Of a DNA stretch of 36,043 nucleotides, positions 15,635 to 26,005 are shown piece after piece. The stretch lies in the IMG/VR virus record IMGVR_UViG_3300031949_000112, positions 1 to 36,043 of that record; one strand, given 5' to 3'. The notes under the pieces are model-generated. The model had not been told where the DNA came from. It saw only the letters and a list, made by a program, of their open reading frames with translations, and searched no databases. The DNA comes from a virus (taxonomy: Duplodnaviria; Caudoviricetes). The position numbers were made by a program, and so were the translations under genes. Every line of letters begins with the position of its first letter. Positions within the stretch are counted from its first letter, which is position 1.

Positions 15635-17361
15635 GTATCCCGGTAAAAATATCGGCGCAGCCGTGGCTCCGTCTCGAGGCCGACAGGATCATCGTCACCA
15701 CCTCGTACGCCTTCGCGGATATCTGCCGCTCTCTGCCCGGCGCTCGATGGGACAAACGGAATCGGTTCTGGCATCTACCCCGTACGCCGTGGTGCGCCTT
15801 CCGCGCCGTCCAGGCTCTTACACCTGACGACGGCACGGTGCCAGTCAGCGGCGCATTCTACGATTACGTCAAGCAGCAGCACGAAAACTGGCGGGTGGCC
15901 GTCGCCCTACGCAAAATGCCAGTCAAGCAGCTGGCGCCTCTCGGCATCACCGCCCTACCGCCATGGGGACAACAACTTCGAGCCTTCCATTTCGCCCGCC
16001 TGCTGCCAGCCGCTATGCTGGCTCTCGACATGGGCACCGGCAAGACCAAGGTGGTGATCGATCTCATCATGAACCTGCATCTCCTCAAGACACTGGTAAT
16101 CGGGCCGCACGCGGCCGTGTCCGAGGTGTGGCCGGAGGAGGCCGTAAAGCATTGTCCAAAGGGTCAGGGACTGTTGGCGGTGTCACTAATCAAGAAATCC
16201 GGAGCGAAACGAGTCGAAGATGCACAATTCGTATTGTCGGAGTTCGACCGCCTGCTCCTGCAGCCGATCAAGGTCAATCCGTACTATGATCACTTGTTGA
16301 TTCTGCTCAACTACGAGGCGGCGTGGCGAGAGCCCATGGCCGGCTGGCTCCTGCAGCAGAATTGGGACTTGATCGTGCTGGACGAGTCGCACCGCATCAA
16401 GAAAGCGGGCGGAGTGGCTTCTCATTTTCTACACCGGCTGGGAGCCAAGGCGCCACGCCGGCTGGCGCTCACCGGCACGCCGATGCCTCACTCGCCGCTC
16501 GATCTCTATGCGCAGTACCGTTTCCTGGACGTGGGCGTATTCGGCTCGCGTATGCTCGATTTCAGAGAACGCTACGCCGTGATGGGCGGGTACATGAACC
16601 TGCAGGTACGCGGCTTCAAAAACCTGAAGCACCTGCGACGACGCTTCAACTCCATCTCCATGACCGTCAAAGCCGATGACGTGCAGGACCTGCCGCCGTC
16701 CGTCACCATCACGCGGAGGGTGACGCTGGAGCCGCAAGCACAAAAGCTGTACGACGCCCTCAACGACGAACTGGAGGCGTGGGTCTCCGCTTCTCGCCAA
16801 GTAACCGTGAACAACGCGTTGACCAAGCTGTTGCGTCTGCAGGAGATCACCAGCGGCTTCGTGTCTCCGGACCGGACGACGGACAAAAAGCCAAAGCTCA
16901 GAGAAATCTCGCAAGCCAAACGCACGGCTATAAGGGAGTGGCTGGAAGACCTGCCGCCTAAGGAGCCCGTGGTCGTCTTCAGCCGCTTTACTCACGATCT
17001 CGACGTAGTACGTCAGGAGGCGGAAAATACGGGCCGGTCGGTGGCTGAGTTGTCAGGTCGAGTCAAGGAGCTACGTCTCTGGCGGGACGGCGAGCGCAAT
17101 TTGTTGAACGTGCAAGTCCAGTCGGGCAAGGAATCCATCGATCTGACCCGCGCCCGCTACGCGGCGTTTTACAGCCGCACCTTTTCGCTGGGCGATTATC
17201 AACAGGCCATCAAGCGGCTGGTGCGGCCGGGACAACAGCATAAAGTGTTCTTTTATCATTTCATCGTACCGAGCACCGTAGATGCAGACATCATGGAGAG
17301 CTACCGCACCAAAGAAGATATCATTCAATTGATCCTACGGCGAATCAGGGGGAAGCGATGA
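15631..17361 (+). CDS. SNF2-family helicase with an N-terminal HARP-like segment
   Basis: LPGARWD...W; DMGTGKT, LNYE, LDESHRIK, LTGTP, ESIDLT, QAIKRLVRPGQ. Confidence 0.93.
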   Translation: MSIPVKISAQPWLRLEADRIIVTTSYAFADICRSLPGARWDKRNRFWHLPRTPWCAFRAVQALTPDDGTVPVSGAFYDYVKQQHENWRVAVALRKMPVKQLAPLGITALPPWGQQLRAFHFARLLPAAMLALDMGTGKTKVVIDLIMNLHLLKTLVIGPHAAVSEVWPEEAVKHCPKGQGLLAVSLIKKSGAKRVEDAQFVLSEFDRLLLQPIKVNPYYDHLLILLNYEAAWREPMAGWLLQQNWDLIVLDESHRIKKAGGVASHFLHRLGAKAPRRLALTGTPMPHSPLDLYAQYRFLDVGVFGSRMLDFRERYAVMGGYMNLQVRGFKNLKHLRRRFNSISMTVKADDVQDLPPSVTITRRVTLEPQAQKLYDALNDELEAWVSASRQVTVNNALTKLLRLQEITSGFVSPDRTTDKKPKLREISQAKRTAIREWLEDLPPKEPVVVFSRFTHDLDVVRQEAENTGRSVAELSGRVKELRLWRDGERNLLNVQVQSGKESIDLTRARYAAFYSRTFSLGDYQQAIKRLVRPGQQHKVFFYHFIVPSTVDADIMESYRTKEDIIQLILRRIRGKR

Positions 17362-17480
17362 CAGACCTAGAACTTGGAATCCGTGTGTGGGCGCTGATCA
17401 TAATCGGCGGCTGGCTGTTAGTGTGCTATGAGAAGTGGCGGGCACGGCGCGGCTCAAAAAGCCCGCGCCGCGACTGGTAG
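17358..17480 (+). CDS. 40-aa single-pass membrane protein
   Basis: ATGA overlap; MTDLELGIRVWALIIIGGWLLVCYEKWRARRGSKSPRRDW; ends 3 nt before the convergent gene. Confidence 0.5.
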   Translation: MTDLELGIRVWALIIIGGWLLVCYEKWRARRGSKSPRRDW

Positions 17481-17483
17481 TCT

Positions 17484-17765
17484 TCACTCGCCGGACTGCT
17501 TGGCGGCCGCCGCCCAGCCGGCCTTGCGGAACCACCCCGCGACGGCCATGACGCCGCCCACCAGCACCAACAGATGTGGCCACGCCTGCTGCGCGAGATC
17601 GACCAGCGCCTTGATGGACTCAAAGACGTCGCCGCTTTGCGCTCCGCTCGCCGCCATGCCGGTGGCCGCCACGATTACACCCGCGTTCGTCAGCTTACCC
17701 TTGAGCAGCCGGCCGGCGAGCGGCAGCAGCACGTTGCCGATGGGACCGAGTATGGGAATCTTCAC
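17484..17765 (-). CDS. Holin-like membrane protein
   Basis: GAGGAGGT RBS; two hydrophobic segments; follows the endolysin. Confidence 0.55.
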   Translation of the reverse strand: MKIPILGPIGNVLLPLAGRLLKGKLTNAGVIVAATGMAASGAQSGDVFESIKALVDLAQQAWPHLLVLVGGVMAVAGWFRKAGWAAAAKQSGE

Positions 17766-17776
17766 GTGACACCTCC

Positions 17777-18205
17777 TCAGGAAAAGGGATCAACCGCGTC
17801 GAACCAGCCAGGCGTCGCCGGCCGGATTTTGATGTAGGCGTCCTGCTCAACGGCCGCCGCGAGCGATGATGTCTTCGAGCCGCCGCCCGAAGCGCCGATG
17901 GTAAACGCCTCGCCGCCGATCACGGCGTACACCATCTCCACGTGCCGGGCGCCGGGCTGTCCCTCGGTACGCCAGAAGATGAGCGACCCCGGCACCAGCA
18001 TGTGAGATTGCTTTGCGACGAAGCGTTGACGCAAATCCTCCGCCGTCCAGTCACCCTGGCGCGGCAGAACGCCGGTACTCTTGAGCACTTCGATGACGAA
18101 GCCCGAGCAGTCAAAGCCCGCCAGCGGATCGTCGCCGCCCCACAGATACGGCGTGAACAGCAGTCGCTCAGCGACTCGCAGCGCCAGCTCTCGTATCGTC
18201 TTCAT
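17777..18205 (-). CDS. NlpC/P60 cysteine peptidase, probable endolysin
   Basis: TPYLWGG...GFDCSG...PGSLIFW...RHVEM; flanked by membrane proteins at the end of the late operon. Confidence 0.88.
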   Translation of the reverse strand: MKTIRELALRVAERLLFTPYLWGGDDPLAGFDCSGFVIEVLKSTGVLPRQGDWTAEDLRQRFVAKQSHMLVPGSLIFWRTEGQPGARHVEMVYAVIGGEAFTIGASGGGSKTSSLAAAVEQDAYIKIRPATPGWFDAVDPFS

Positions 18206-18636
18206 CAGAATCCCCCGCGTCGAGGTTGAACCACCTCCAGGATGGCGGCTTCACTGTTGCCGATGGCCTTGATGATGGCGTCCGCGTTATTGTTCGCCGC
18301 GTGCCGGTTCTCCTTGGCGATGTTAGCCAAATATTCTCGCGTCGGCATCTGCTCCAGCCTCGCCTCCAGCTTGATGAGTACGTCCTTCAGCTCACGCAAC
18401 AATTGAAACTGATCCCGGTGCGACTCGCTGCTCGGGTCACGTTTGCCGTTGTCGTTAGCCCACTTCTTCCGGATGTCAGGCCAGATCAGCAGAAACAGCA
18501 GCAGCGCCACCAACACGCCGGGCAGTCCCCAGGCGCCGAGCAGCTCTCGCGCTACGCCCTCGGCGCTTTCCGGCACCTGAGGCACGAGCGGCATCAGCGC
18601 CAGGGCCGCCGCGACGGGGACGAGCGGCCGCTTCAC
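18205..18636 (-). CDS. Membrane protein with a coiled-coil tail (lysis cassette, holin-like)
   Basis: Hydrophobic N-terminus plus TM segment LPGVLVALLLFLLIW, then heptad-like helices. Confidence 0.55.
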   Translation of the reverse strand: MKRPLVPVAAALALMPLVPQVPESAEGVARELLGAWGLPGVLVALLLFLLIWPDIRKKWANDNGKRDPSSESHRDQFQLLRELKDVLIKLEARLEQMPTREYLANIAKENRHAANNNADAIIKAIGNSEAAILEVVQPRRGGF

Positions 18637-19175
18637 GTCGCGGCCTCGGCGGTCTTCGTCCGTTCGGCCACTTCCCGGTCCCGCTCCTCCTGCGTCAGCT
18701 TGCGAGTGGGACCATCCTTCTCCGGCGTCAGATACGCCTTGGCCGCCTCGAACTCCTCGACGTTATCCGCGCCGCCCAGCTTCCGGCGCCACGCGCTGAG
18801 ACATTCCATCGCCAACTGGTACGTCTTGTCGTCGATGGCCCACTCGCACCCGGCCGGGTTGAGCACTGGGTTCGGAGAGTCGGGATCGGTTGCGCTGGAG
18901 CGGAGCGCCCGCTTCAGTTCCCTGAACGCGTCGGCCCGTTCCGGGTCGTCGCCCAGCGGCACCAATGCGACCATGCGCCGAGCCAGCTGATCGATGTCGC
19001 GATGGAAAAAGCCGTTCCAAATCGCGGCCCAGGTGAAGGCCACGCCGCCCACGTCACCGGCCTTGTAAGGCCGCCAATTGATCACGTACACGGGAAGTAA
19101 CCCTGCCTTTCTCATGGCCCGTCGCGCTCTGACGCGAGCGTCAGCGGCGCGGGGCAGTAAAGGAATATCACGCAT
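18633..19175 (-). CDS. Hypothetical protein after the tail fibre gene
   Basis: Overlaps both neighbours in the late operon; no motif recognised. Confidence 0.55.
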   Translation of the reverse strand: MRDIPLLPRAADARVRARRAMRKAGLLPVYVINWRPYKAGDVGGVAFTWAAIWNGFFHRDIDQLARRMVALVPLGDDPERADAFRELKRALRSSATDPDSPNPVLNPAGCEWAIDDKTYQLAMECLSAWRRKLGGADNVEEFEAAKAYLTPEKDGPTRKLTQEERDREVAERTKTAEAAT

Positions 19176-22100
19176 TGACCGCCTTGATGACCGCGAAGTT
19201 GAGCACGAGCGCTTCGCTCCGCCCCACGCTCGAAATATTCTCGATGAGGATGCGGAAGGAGCCCGCCGAGATCACCTCGACACCGATAACATAGGTGTTC
19301 GTGGTGCCGCCGGACGCGAGGTTGACGATCACGAGGTCCGTCGCCACCACGGTGCTGTTGGTCACGAGGAAGGAGACTTCCGAGCCGGCCGTCATCGCCG
19401 CGTTATGCGTCGTAATCTGGCCGCACAGGGTATTCAGCGTAACGCCCGTGCTCTTGCTCGTCAGCTGCGTGACTGTCCCCCCGACACCTGTGGCATAGCC
19501 GAAGGAATCGCCGAAGCGCACAAGCCTCGGCAGGGTCAACGTATTCCCAACACCCACGTCCCACGAATCGGAGCCCGTAGGCAGCCGGGCGTAGGCCAGA
19601 TTCCCGCTGTTGATGTCAGCAGCAGCGTGGTTGTGCGCTCCCAAGTACGCCGCCGCTATCGCAGTCCCCTGCCAAGTGCCGGCAACGATGGTGCCGCCGA
19701 AGCGAATGTCGCCAGCGTTGGTGTAAATCGCATAGTTGGTACCCCCCGTTGTCATGCCCTCAACGTAGAGACCGTACAGCGTCGTGATGGCCGAGCCACT
19801 GCCGAGGATTGATGACGCGATGTAAACCCCCGTCCCTGCTGCCATCGTAAAGGCGGCGGCTTGTGTTTGCACTCGGGCGAACATCGCACGCCCGGCAGTG
19901 GTGACAGAGGAAGCAAATGTCGGGTTGCTGAACACACCGTAGGCGTTGCCCGCCGATCCCGGAATCGAGACGCTGCTCGGTAGGTAAATCCCCACGTTGA
20001 CCGACGTTGTACCAACACCAAACAGACTAGTGACGATCAGATTCGCGGGAAATGTGTAGTTGCCACTGCCAAAGGTGCCAGCCGTTATGTCGGATGCGGC
20101 ATGCGTATGTGAAGCCGCCGCAATCCCCGCCTCCACTAGTGTGTTGTTGATCCAGACCGACCCGTTCCACTTGAGTAGCTCGCCCGCAGCAATCGCGGTA
20201 ATGGTTACATCGCTATGACTGCCCAAGGTGTGAGCACCGGCGGTGTCAATGAACGGCCCCACCGTCGTCCCACTGATCCGGGCGAACAGCCCCGCCGTCG
20301 TGGTCCACAGGTCGCCGTTATTCGGGCTGCTCGGCGCGGTGCCGTGGGCCATGCTGAGGGAGGCGTAGCCTGCCGCGCTGGCGGGAGCCACGATGGTCCG
20401 GTCGGCCTTCAGTTGGCCTCGCGAGTAGAAGATCGCGGCCGTCCCCACGCCCGTGAGGTCGGCGGCCAAGGTGCCACCAAGCGTGGTCTGATTCGCCGCG
20501 GTGTACCACTGATGGATGGTCGCCGCGTTATAGGTGGCGGCGGTATCGAGTCCTCCGTACATCACATAATTCTGCGTGGCGCTGCTGAGCCCACGCACGG
20601 CCGCTATGGGTTCTTCAATGTTCGTGTAGTGCCGCACGGAGAGCGTTCCGACCTTCAGCGTGGCGTCGGTCGTGACGTTGGCTAACGCCAACTGCTGCCC
20701 CCCCACCACATCCAGCCTCGGGCTCCCTGGGGCGGGGGTCGTCGTGCCGAGCAGGAGATTGTCGGAGGGAAATGAGGCGAGGCCAGCCGATGGATCGAGC
20801 GTGAACCGCTGGGAGAGCGACCCGTCCAGAGCGAGCCACAGGCGGAAGATCGCGTCCCGCGTGGTAGCCGTGCTAGTCCACTCTTGTTTCTTCTGCACTG
20901 AGAGTCTGCCGGCGTCCAGCTCCGTCCCGCTCGTGTCGGCGAGTTTGTAGTGCAGGCCGACGCCGTGTAAGACGGCTGCCGTGGGCGCGAGATTCTTGAG
21001 CCCCCAGGTGTTACTCTCGGTGGTGTCGCCATCCCGCCGGACGAATGATGCCCCACTCGCATCGACGCTCAGTGCACCACTGAATGCCCCCGTCGTCGCC
21101 GTGAGCGCGCCCACCGTGGCCGCGATCCCCGAGGCCGAGATGGAGCCACCTGAGACGGTGAGTCCCGCCTGCGCGGTGAGAAGACCGCCGACAACCAGCG
21201 TATTAGGAAACGTATAACCGGCGTTTTGGAAACTACCCGCCGTGACGTCGGCCGCCAGGATTGTATCCCAGCCCGGATCGCCCGGTATCGCGCCGTCGCC
21301 CACCTGTCGCCAGAACTTCCGCGTCGTTGTGGCGTTACCCGGCATGACATCCCATTCCGCGCTCGCGTTGGCGAACAGCGTGTCGCCGGGATCGGGCTCG
21401 CTGCCGGTGATGAGTCCAGGATCGAAGCCACCCTCAACGCGGTTGTAGATGACGCCCGGCACCGCGTCATTTTCGCCGTGCAGCGCGAGTTGATGATTCC
21501 CCTCCAATGCGTTGAATGTGAAGACGCACCGCAGGTCCCAATCCGCGTCAAGAGCCACCCCGAAGCTCAGTTGCTCGTTGAGCAACGAGACGGTACCTTG
21601 ATCCGTAAAGTACGTCTTCGTCGCAACGAGCGTCCAGTTCGTGGAGCCGGGGCCGTCATTCACGTAAATATCCACCGTCGCATCAATACGCGACATCTCC
21701 AGGCCGTCAAGATTCTGAATATCGTAGGTGACCGTGTACGTCGTCGTGCGAGCGTTCGCATCCTCCAAGTTCGAAAACGCCTCGGACGGCGTGGTGATGA
21801 GCGAGACGCCATTCTCCGGCGCAGCGGCGTTTTGCGACGCGCTCCAGCCATCCACCTGCGGCACCAGCGTCACGCCGCCTAGCGCACCAGCGCCGAATGT
21901 TACACGATCCTTGCTCACGCCGACAGACTCCGCTTGCCCGCCGTCCGCATCCTCGTAGGCAAGGACCGAGACATAGGCGGTCTCACCCGGAGAGAGCGTT
22001 ACGAGTCCCGGCGTAACGACAGTGTTGAACCCGTCGCTAGGATAGAGCGTCGCCGCCTGAGTCGTCGCTTCGGATGGAAAGGCCGTGTCGTCGCTCGGAT

Positions 22101-25100
22101 CACTGCTCACCGCGACAGCGATGCGAGCTGAGCGGCCCGTCGTCAACACCGTCGCCCGCACGGTGCCGGCGTCGTTTACGAACAGCTGCACCGCCCGCAC
22201 AGCTGGGATGTTGCAAGCCTTCGGCACTCCCGGCATCACGTTCACGGTGGGCGAGTAGGCGGATGCGACGGCGGCATCTCGCACACTGCGCACGCGGAAG
22301 TAGCGCAGTTTGCCGTCAATCGGCGCGGTCGTTCGATAAGTGGACTGCTCGTTCTCTGCCGCCGGTAGCGTCGCGACCAGCGCGAAGGCGCCCGGCGTGC
22401 CGCTGCCCACGGCCGTCTCCGTCGCCATCTCCACTTCTAGCAACGAAGGCAGCGTCTCCGCTTCCGCGCACACGCCGATGATCGCTTCCGCGTCGGGCAA
22501 CACCACCCAATTGAACAGCTGTACGTCTAGTCCGCCGAGCAAGCTGAACGCTGAGGCGGCCGGCGAGCCGAGCGTCGGCGCGCTGCCGGCGACCGTGAAG
22601 CTGATCTCAGTCGTCGCGCTGCTACCGCCAAACGGCGACGCCTCGCGATGCCGCACGCCAATGGTGTACGACGATCCCGGCACCAAATTGAGCGAGACCT
22701 GCGTCGTGCCCGCCGGCAGCAGCGCGGCGATCTCCGCCGTCTCCGCCGCCGCGCCCTGCGTCCGGCGGTACACCTCCACCGGCACGCTCGCTTCTCCGAC
22801 GTCCCAGCTCACGACGGTAATGCCGTCGTCATCCGCGTCCTGTGTCTGCGTGACGTTGCTCGGCGCCGTCAAGTCAGCGAGATCAACGTTCTGCCACGCG
22901 GTCCACGCCGTGGGACGCTGCCCCGGTCTGAACGCCTGCATGCGCACCCAAACGTTCGATCCGGCGTCCACCGGCGGCGTCGCAAAGGACGCCGGCACAT
23001 CAGCCGGCTGATACGCGACGAGCGTCAATCCCGCCGTTGGCTCTACTCCGGCGACCGCCCATTCGACGCGCAGCCACGCGTCGGCCGACTGCAGCGCCGC
23101 TTGATTCGTGATGGTTACGTCCACGACTTTTTTGGGCTTTGTCGCACTCGCCGCCAGTGAGAAGGTCGGACTCGTCGCGAACTGACTATCAGGTCCTGAG
23201 TCGAGCAGCCGGAGTACGGGACCAGCTGGCGACTCGGTGCGTTGCACGACCTGCAGCACCCGCGTGCCGCCTCGAACTCCCGCGTTGGGCAAGTGCGAGA
23301 CGTCGAGCAACAATTCCTGTCCCACTAACTCCGTCAGCGCCGGCAGCGCCTCAACCGCGCCAAAGACGCCACCCCGGCCCCATCGGTCGAATAACTCCGC
23401 TGCGATGGCCTCCGCGACGAAGGCAGGCAGCTCATCAAAGCCGCTCGCCGCCAAGCGCAGTGCGCCGGGGATGGTGAAGCGAGCTTCGCGCAAACCGTCG
23501 GTCGCCGCGTCTGGCGTGCCGTCGCCATCCGAGTCTAACTCGACGATGTGCGTGACGGGCACGCTCACGATGTCGTCCATAGGACGGGTCGCTCCAGATG
23601 CCGGCGACCACAATCCGAAGATGTGCTGCTCCGTCACCACTGTGTTGTAGATCGTGCTCTCGTCCAATTCAAAGATGACCGTGTCCGGATTCCGCAGGTC
23701 GTTGTCGTCATAGGTGTTCACGGGCGGCGTCAAGTTACGCACGCGAGAAATGTAAAGCTCCATCTCGCCGTCCGTGCCCCGACGCGCCGCGATGCCGAGC
23801 AGACCGAAAAGCATTTGCAGAAAGTCCTGCTGGACGTAGCTCTCCGTGATGCGCAACGTGATCCGCGTATCGTCGCCCAGCGCGGTGCGTACGGTGGCGG
23901 CGGTGGCCGCGTCCCACGGCACGCCGGAGTCGTCCCACAGCGCGGTGATCACGTCCACCGGATGCATGTCAATGTGCAGCGGATTCTCTTCGCTGATTAC
24001 CTCCCGCCACATGTAAATGCGGAATTGGTCATCGACGTTGGGCGGCGACGCTTGCCAAGCAGTGCCCTCGCGTAGAACCTGCAGCTTGTCGAGCTTCGAC
24101 GTGACAGATGAAAAATCGAAGAGCCGCACGTCAAGGTCTACCTGCACGGCCGGCGAGAAGCGATCTACGTCTGCGCCAGCCATCGTCTCCACCTTCACGG
24201 TCATGTCATCATAGACGACGACACCGTTAACGATGGTCTTCGGGTCGTTGTGAATGACGCGGGTCACGCGCTCCCGTGACCAGTCCGACAACGCGTTGCG
24301 CAACACCTGCCACAGCGCCAACACATTCGTGATTGGCAAGAATCCAGTGACAAACTGCAGCGTCACCAAATCGGCGTCCACCGCTGTTACCTTGAACGTC
24401 CAGCCGCCGTAGTCGCGCAGCGGCCCCCATCCGCCCCGCACTGGACCGCCGAAGAGACACGTGACGCCCTCGAAGTTGAGCGTTGTACGATCGAAGACCT
24501 TGCGGGTCTGTTCGACGCGCTGACTCTCACCGATATTGAACTCCCACTCCAGCGCGCTGACGAGCCGATATCCGTTAATGTAACCGGCCAGCAGCACGGT
24601 AGGCCACGAGCCGCCCGCGTCCTCGCTCAGCTCGATGTACGCTCGGCGGTGCGCTAACGTCTGCCGTCCGTCGGCGTCCACCAGCTCTCGCGTGATGACG
24701 CGGTACTCATTCGGCGTCAACGTATAACCGCGCTGCGCCTCAATACTGAAGGTCCCGACACCGGAGCCCCCCATACCGAAGCGCCGATGGTCACTGTCGA
24801 TGTACGTTGCGCCGAACGTGTGCGTGCCGTGCTCAGTGCGGGCGCCGCCGCCTAACGGCTCCGTCCAGAACGTAGCTTCGCCGGTGGCGTCGTCCAGCGT
24901 AAAGCCCAGCCGGATGCTGGACCCCGTCGCCCACGCGAGCCCGGCGGCGATGGCCACGTTCTCCGCCTGCACCCCGGCCGCGTAGCGCACCGCCCGAAGC
25001 GTCGCCAGCGTGCTGCTGGTGTTCTGCAGCGCGACGGCCAGGAACTCGACGAGCGCCCCGCCGCCGCCCGCCACGTTCTTGGCCCGCGCCAACACTAGCA

Positions 25101-25554
25101 CGCGAGAGTTAGTGACGATGCCCGCTGTGGCCTCGATGTCCGCCCACCACTCCCGGCCGCCTTCGATCCCCGCCGCTCCGTCCCCTGCCGTCCACCGGAA
25201 GATGCCGGCGGAGCCGCCCGGCGTGATGACCAATTTCCCGCCAGAGATGTTGAAAAACGTGGCGGGTGAGCCGGTGTTTGCCACGTAGCCCACGGCGGGC
25301 GTCTCGGCCGTGCCGTCGTCGAAGATGTCGGAGGCGTACAGCGACTCGATGTCCTCGGTACGCAGCGCGTCGATGGCCCGAACCGTGTACACTCCGAGAT
25401 CGGTACGGCCAACAGCCGGATCAATTCGCTGTCCGTCCCCGCTAGGCTCCGCCGTCAGATGCGGGTTGGTGTCGCTCGGAACCGAACTGAGCACCAGCGC
25501 GTCGGCGTCATCCGCCGCACTGCGTATCCGGAGCCGATAGTGTCGGGTCGCCAC
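19168..25554 (-). CDS. Large tail tip / central fibre / receptor-binding protein, 2128 aa
   Basis: Follows tape measure and Dit-like genes; beta-rich Fn3/Ig-like middle; Gly/Thr/Ala-rich fibre C-terminus with HxH repeats (SHTHAASDI, AHNHAAADI). Confidence 0.8.
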   Translation of the reverse strand: MATRHYRLRIRSAADDADALVLSSVPSDTNPHLTAEPSGDGQRIDPAVGRTDLGVYTVRAIDALRTEDIESLYASDIFDDGTAETPAVGYVANTGSPATFFNISGGKLVITPGGSAGIFRWTAGDGAAGIEGGREWWADIEATAGIVTNSRVLVLARAKNVAGGGGALVEFLAVALQNTSSTLATLRAVRYAAGVQAENVAIAAGLAWATGSSIRLGFTLDDATGEATFWTEPLGGGARTEHGTHTFGATYIDSDHRRFGMGGSGVGTFSIEAQRGYTLTPNEYRVITRELVDADGRQTLAHRRAYIELSEDAGGSWPTVLLAGYINGYRLVSALEWEFNIGESQRVEQTRKVFDRTTLNFEGVTCLFGGPVRGGWGPLRDYGGWTFKVTAVDADLVTLQFVTGFLPITNVLALWQVLRNALSDWSRERVTRVIHNDPKTIVNGVVVYDDMTVKVETMAGADVDRFSPAVQVDLDVRLFDFSSVTSKLDKLQVLREGTAWQASPPNVDDQFRIYMWREVISEENPLHIDMHPVDVITALWDDSGVPWDAATAATVRTALGDDTRITLRITESYVQQDFLQMLFGLLGIAARRGTDGEMELYISRVRNLTPPVNTYDDNDLRNPDTVIFELDESTIYNTVVTEQHIFGLWSPASGATRPMDDIVSVPVTHIVELDSDGDGTPDAATDGLREARFTIPGALRLAASGFDELPAFVAEAIAAELFDRWGRGGVFGAVEALPALTELVGQELLLDVSHLPNAGVRGGTRVLQVVQRTESPAGPVLRLLDSGPDSQFATSPTFSLAASATKPKKVVDVTITNQAALQSADAWLRVEWAVAGVEPTAGLTLVAYQPADVPASFATPPVDAGSNVWVRMQAFRPGQRPTAWTAWQNVDLADLTAPSNVTQTQDADDDGITVVSWDVGEASVPVEVYRRTQGAAAETAEIAALLPAGTTQVSLNLVPGSSYTIGVRHREASPFGGSSATTEISFTVAGSAPTLGSPAASAFSLLGGLDVQLFNWVVLPDAEAIIGVCAEAETLPSLLEVEMATETAVGSGTPGAFALVATLPAAENEQSTYRTTAPIDGKLRYFRVRSVRDAAVASAYSPTVNVMPGVPKACNIPAVRAVQLFVNDAGTVRATVLTTGRSARIAVAVSSDPSDDTAFPSEATTQAATLYPSDGFNTVVTPGLVTLSPGETAYVSVLAYEDADGGQAESVGVSKDRVTFGAGALGGVTLVPQVDGWSASQNAAAPENGVSLITTPSEAFSNLEDANARTTTYTVTYDIQNLDGLEMSRIDATVDIYVNDGPGSTNWTLVATKTYFTDQGTVSLLNEQLSFGVALDADWDLRCVFTFNALEGNHQLALHGENDAVPGVIYNRVEGGFDPGLITGSEPDPGDTLFANASAEWDVMPGNATTTRKFWRQVGDGAIPGDPGWDTILAADVTAGSFQNAGYTFPNTLVVGGLLTAQAGLTVSGGSISASGIAATVGALTATTGAFSGALSVDASGASFVRRDGDTTESNTWGLKNLAPTAAVLHGVGLHYKLADTSGTELDAGRLSVQKKQEWTSTATTRDAIFRLWLALDGSLSQRFTLDPSAGLASFPSDNLLLGTTTPAPGSPRLDVVGGQQLALANVTTDATLKVGTLSVRHYTNIEEPIAAVRGLSSATQNYVMYGGLDTAATYNAATIHQWYTAANQTTLGGTLAADLTGVGTAAIFYSRGQLKADRTIVAPASAAGYASLSMAHGTAPSSPNNGDLWTTTAGLFARISGTTVGPFIDTAGAHTLGSHSDVTITAIAAGELLKWNGSVWINNTLVEAGIAAASHTHAASDITAGTFGSGNYTFPANLIVTSLFGVGTTSVNVGIYLPSSVSIPGSAGNAYGVFSNPTFASSVTTAGRAMFARVQTQAAAFTMAAGTGVYIASSILGSGSAITTLYGLYVEGMTTGGTNYAIYTNAGDIRFGGTIVAGTWQGTAIAAAYLGAHNHAAADINSGNLAYARLPTGSDSWDVGVGNTLTLPRLVRFGDSFGYATGVGGTVTQLTSKSTGVTLNTLCGQITTHNAAMTAGSEVSFLVTNSTVVATDLVIVNLASGGTTNTYVIGVEVISAGSFRILIENISSVGRSEALVLNFAVIKAVNA

Positions 25555-25555
25555 G

Positions 25556-26005
25556 TCAGCTCCCCGGTCCGTAGTCGCAAATGAGCGGCGCGGCGGTCGT
25601 GTTCTTCAGCTCCAACGTCAACGTCCACTCCATGAGTCGCGCATCCGCCAATTGCAACGCCGGAACCGTACCTTCCCGCAGCCTGCAAGTGTAGCTCCGG
25701 CTGGACGCGTCGTCGGTATTGATCACGCACGTACCGCCGGTTCCGCTGTCGCCGCCGGTCAGATGACGGATGAGCCGGTGCGCCACGGTCAGCTCGTCTA
25801 CCGTAAGATAGCGCAGTTCGAAGCGCACCACGTAATCGGTGCGGAACGTGAACTGATGAGCGATGCCGCTGCCCAGTTCGTACGCTCGTGGCCCTACCTC
25901 GACGACGTCCGGCATCCAGCCGCCGAAGCGATCACCCGGCGCCGAGACGGGACTCTGCAGCGTCGCCGCGCCCGTGCCATCAGTGAACGTGATGGTTGCC
26001 GACAT
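25556..26005 (-). CDS. Distal tail (Dit-like) protein
   Basis: 149 aa, beta-rich, directly after the tape measure gene; assigned by position. Confidence 0.55.
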   Translation of the reverse strand: MSATITFTDGTGAATLQSPVSAPGDRFGGWMPDVVEVGPRAYELGSGIAHQFTFRTDYVVRFELRYLTVDELTVAHRLIRHLTGGDSGTGGTCVINTDDASSRSYTCRLREGTVPALQLADARLMEWTLTLELKNTTAAPLICDYGPGS

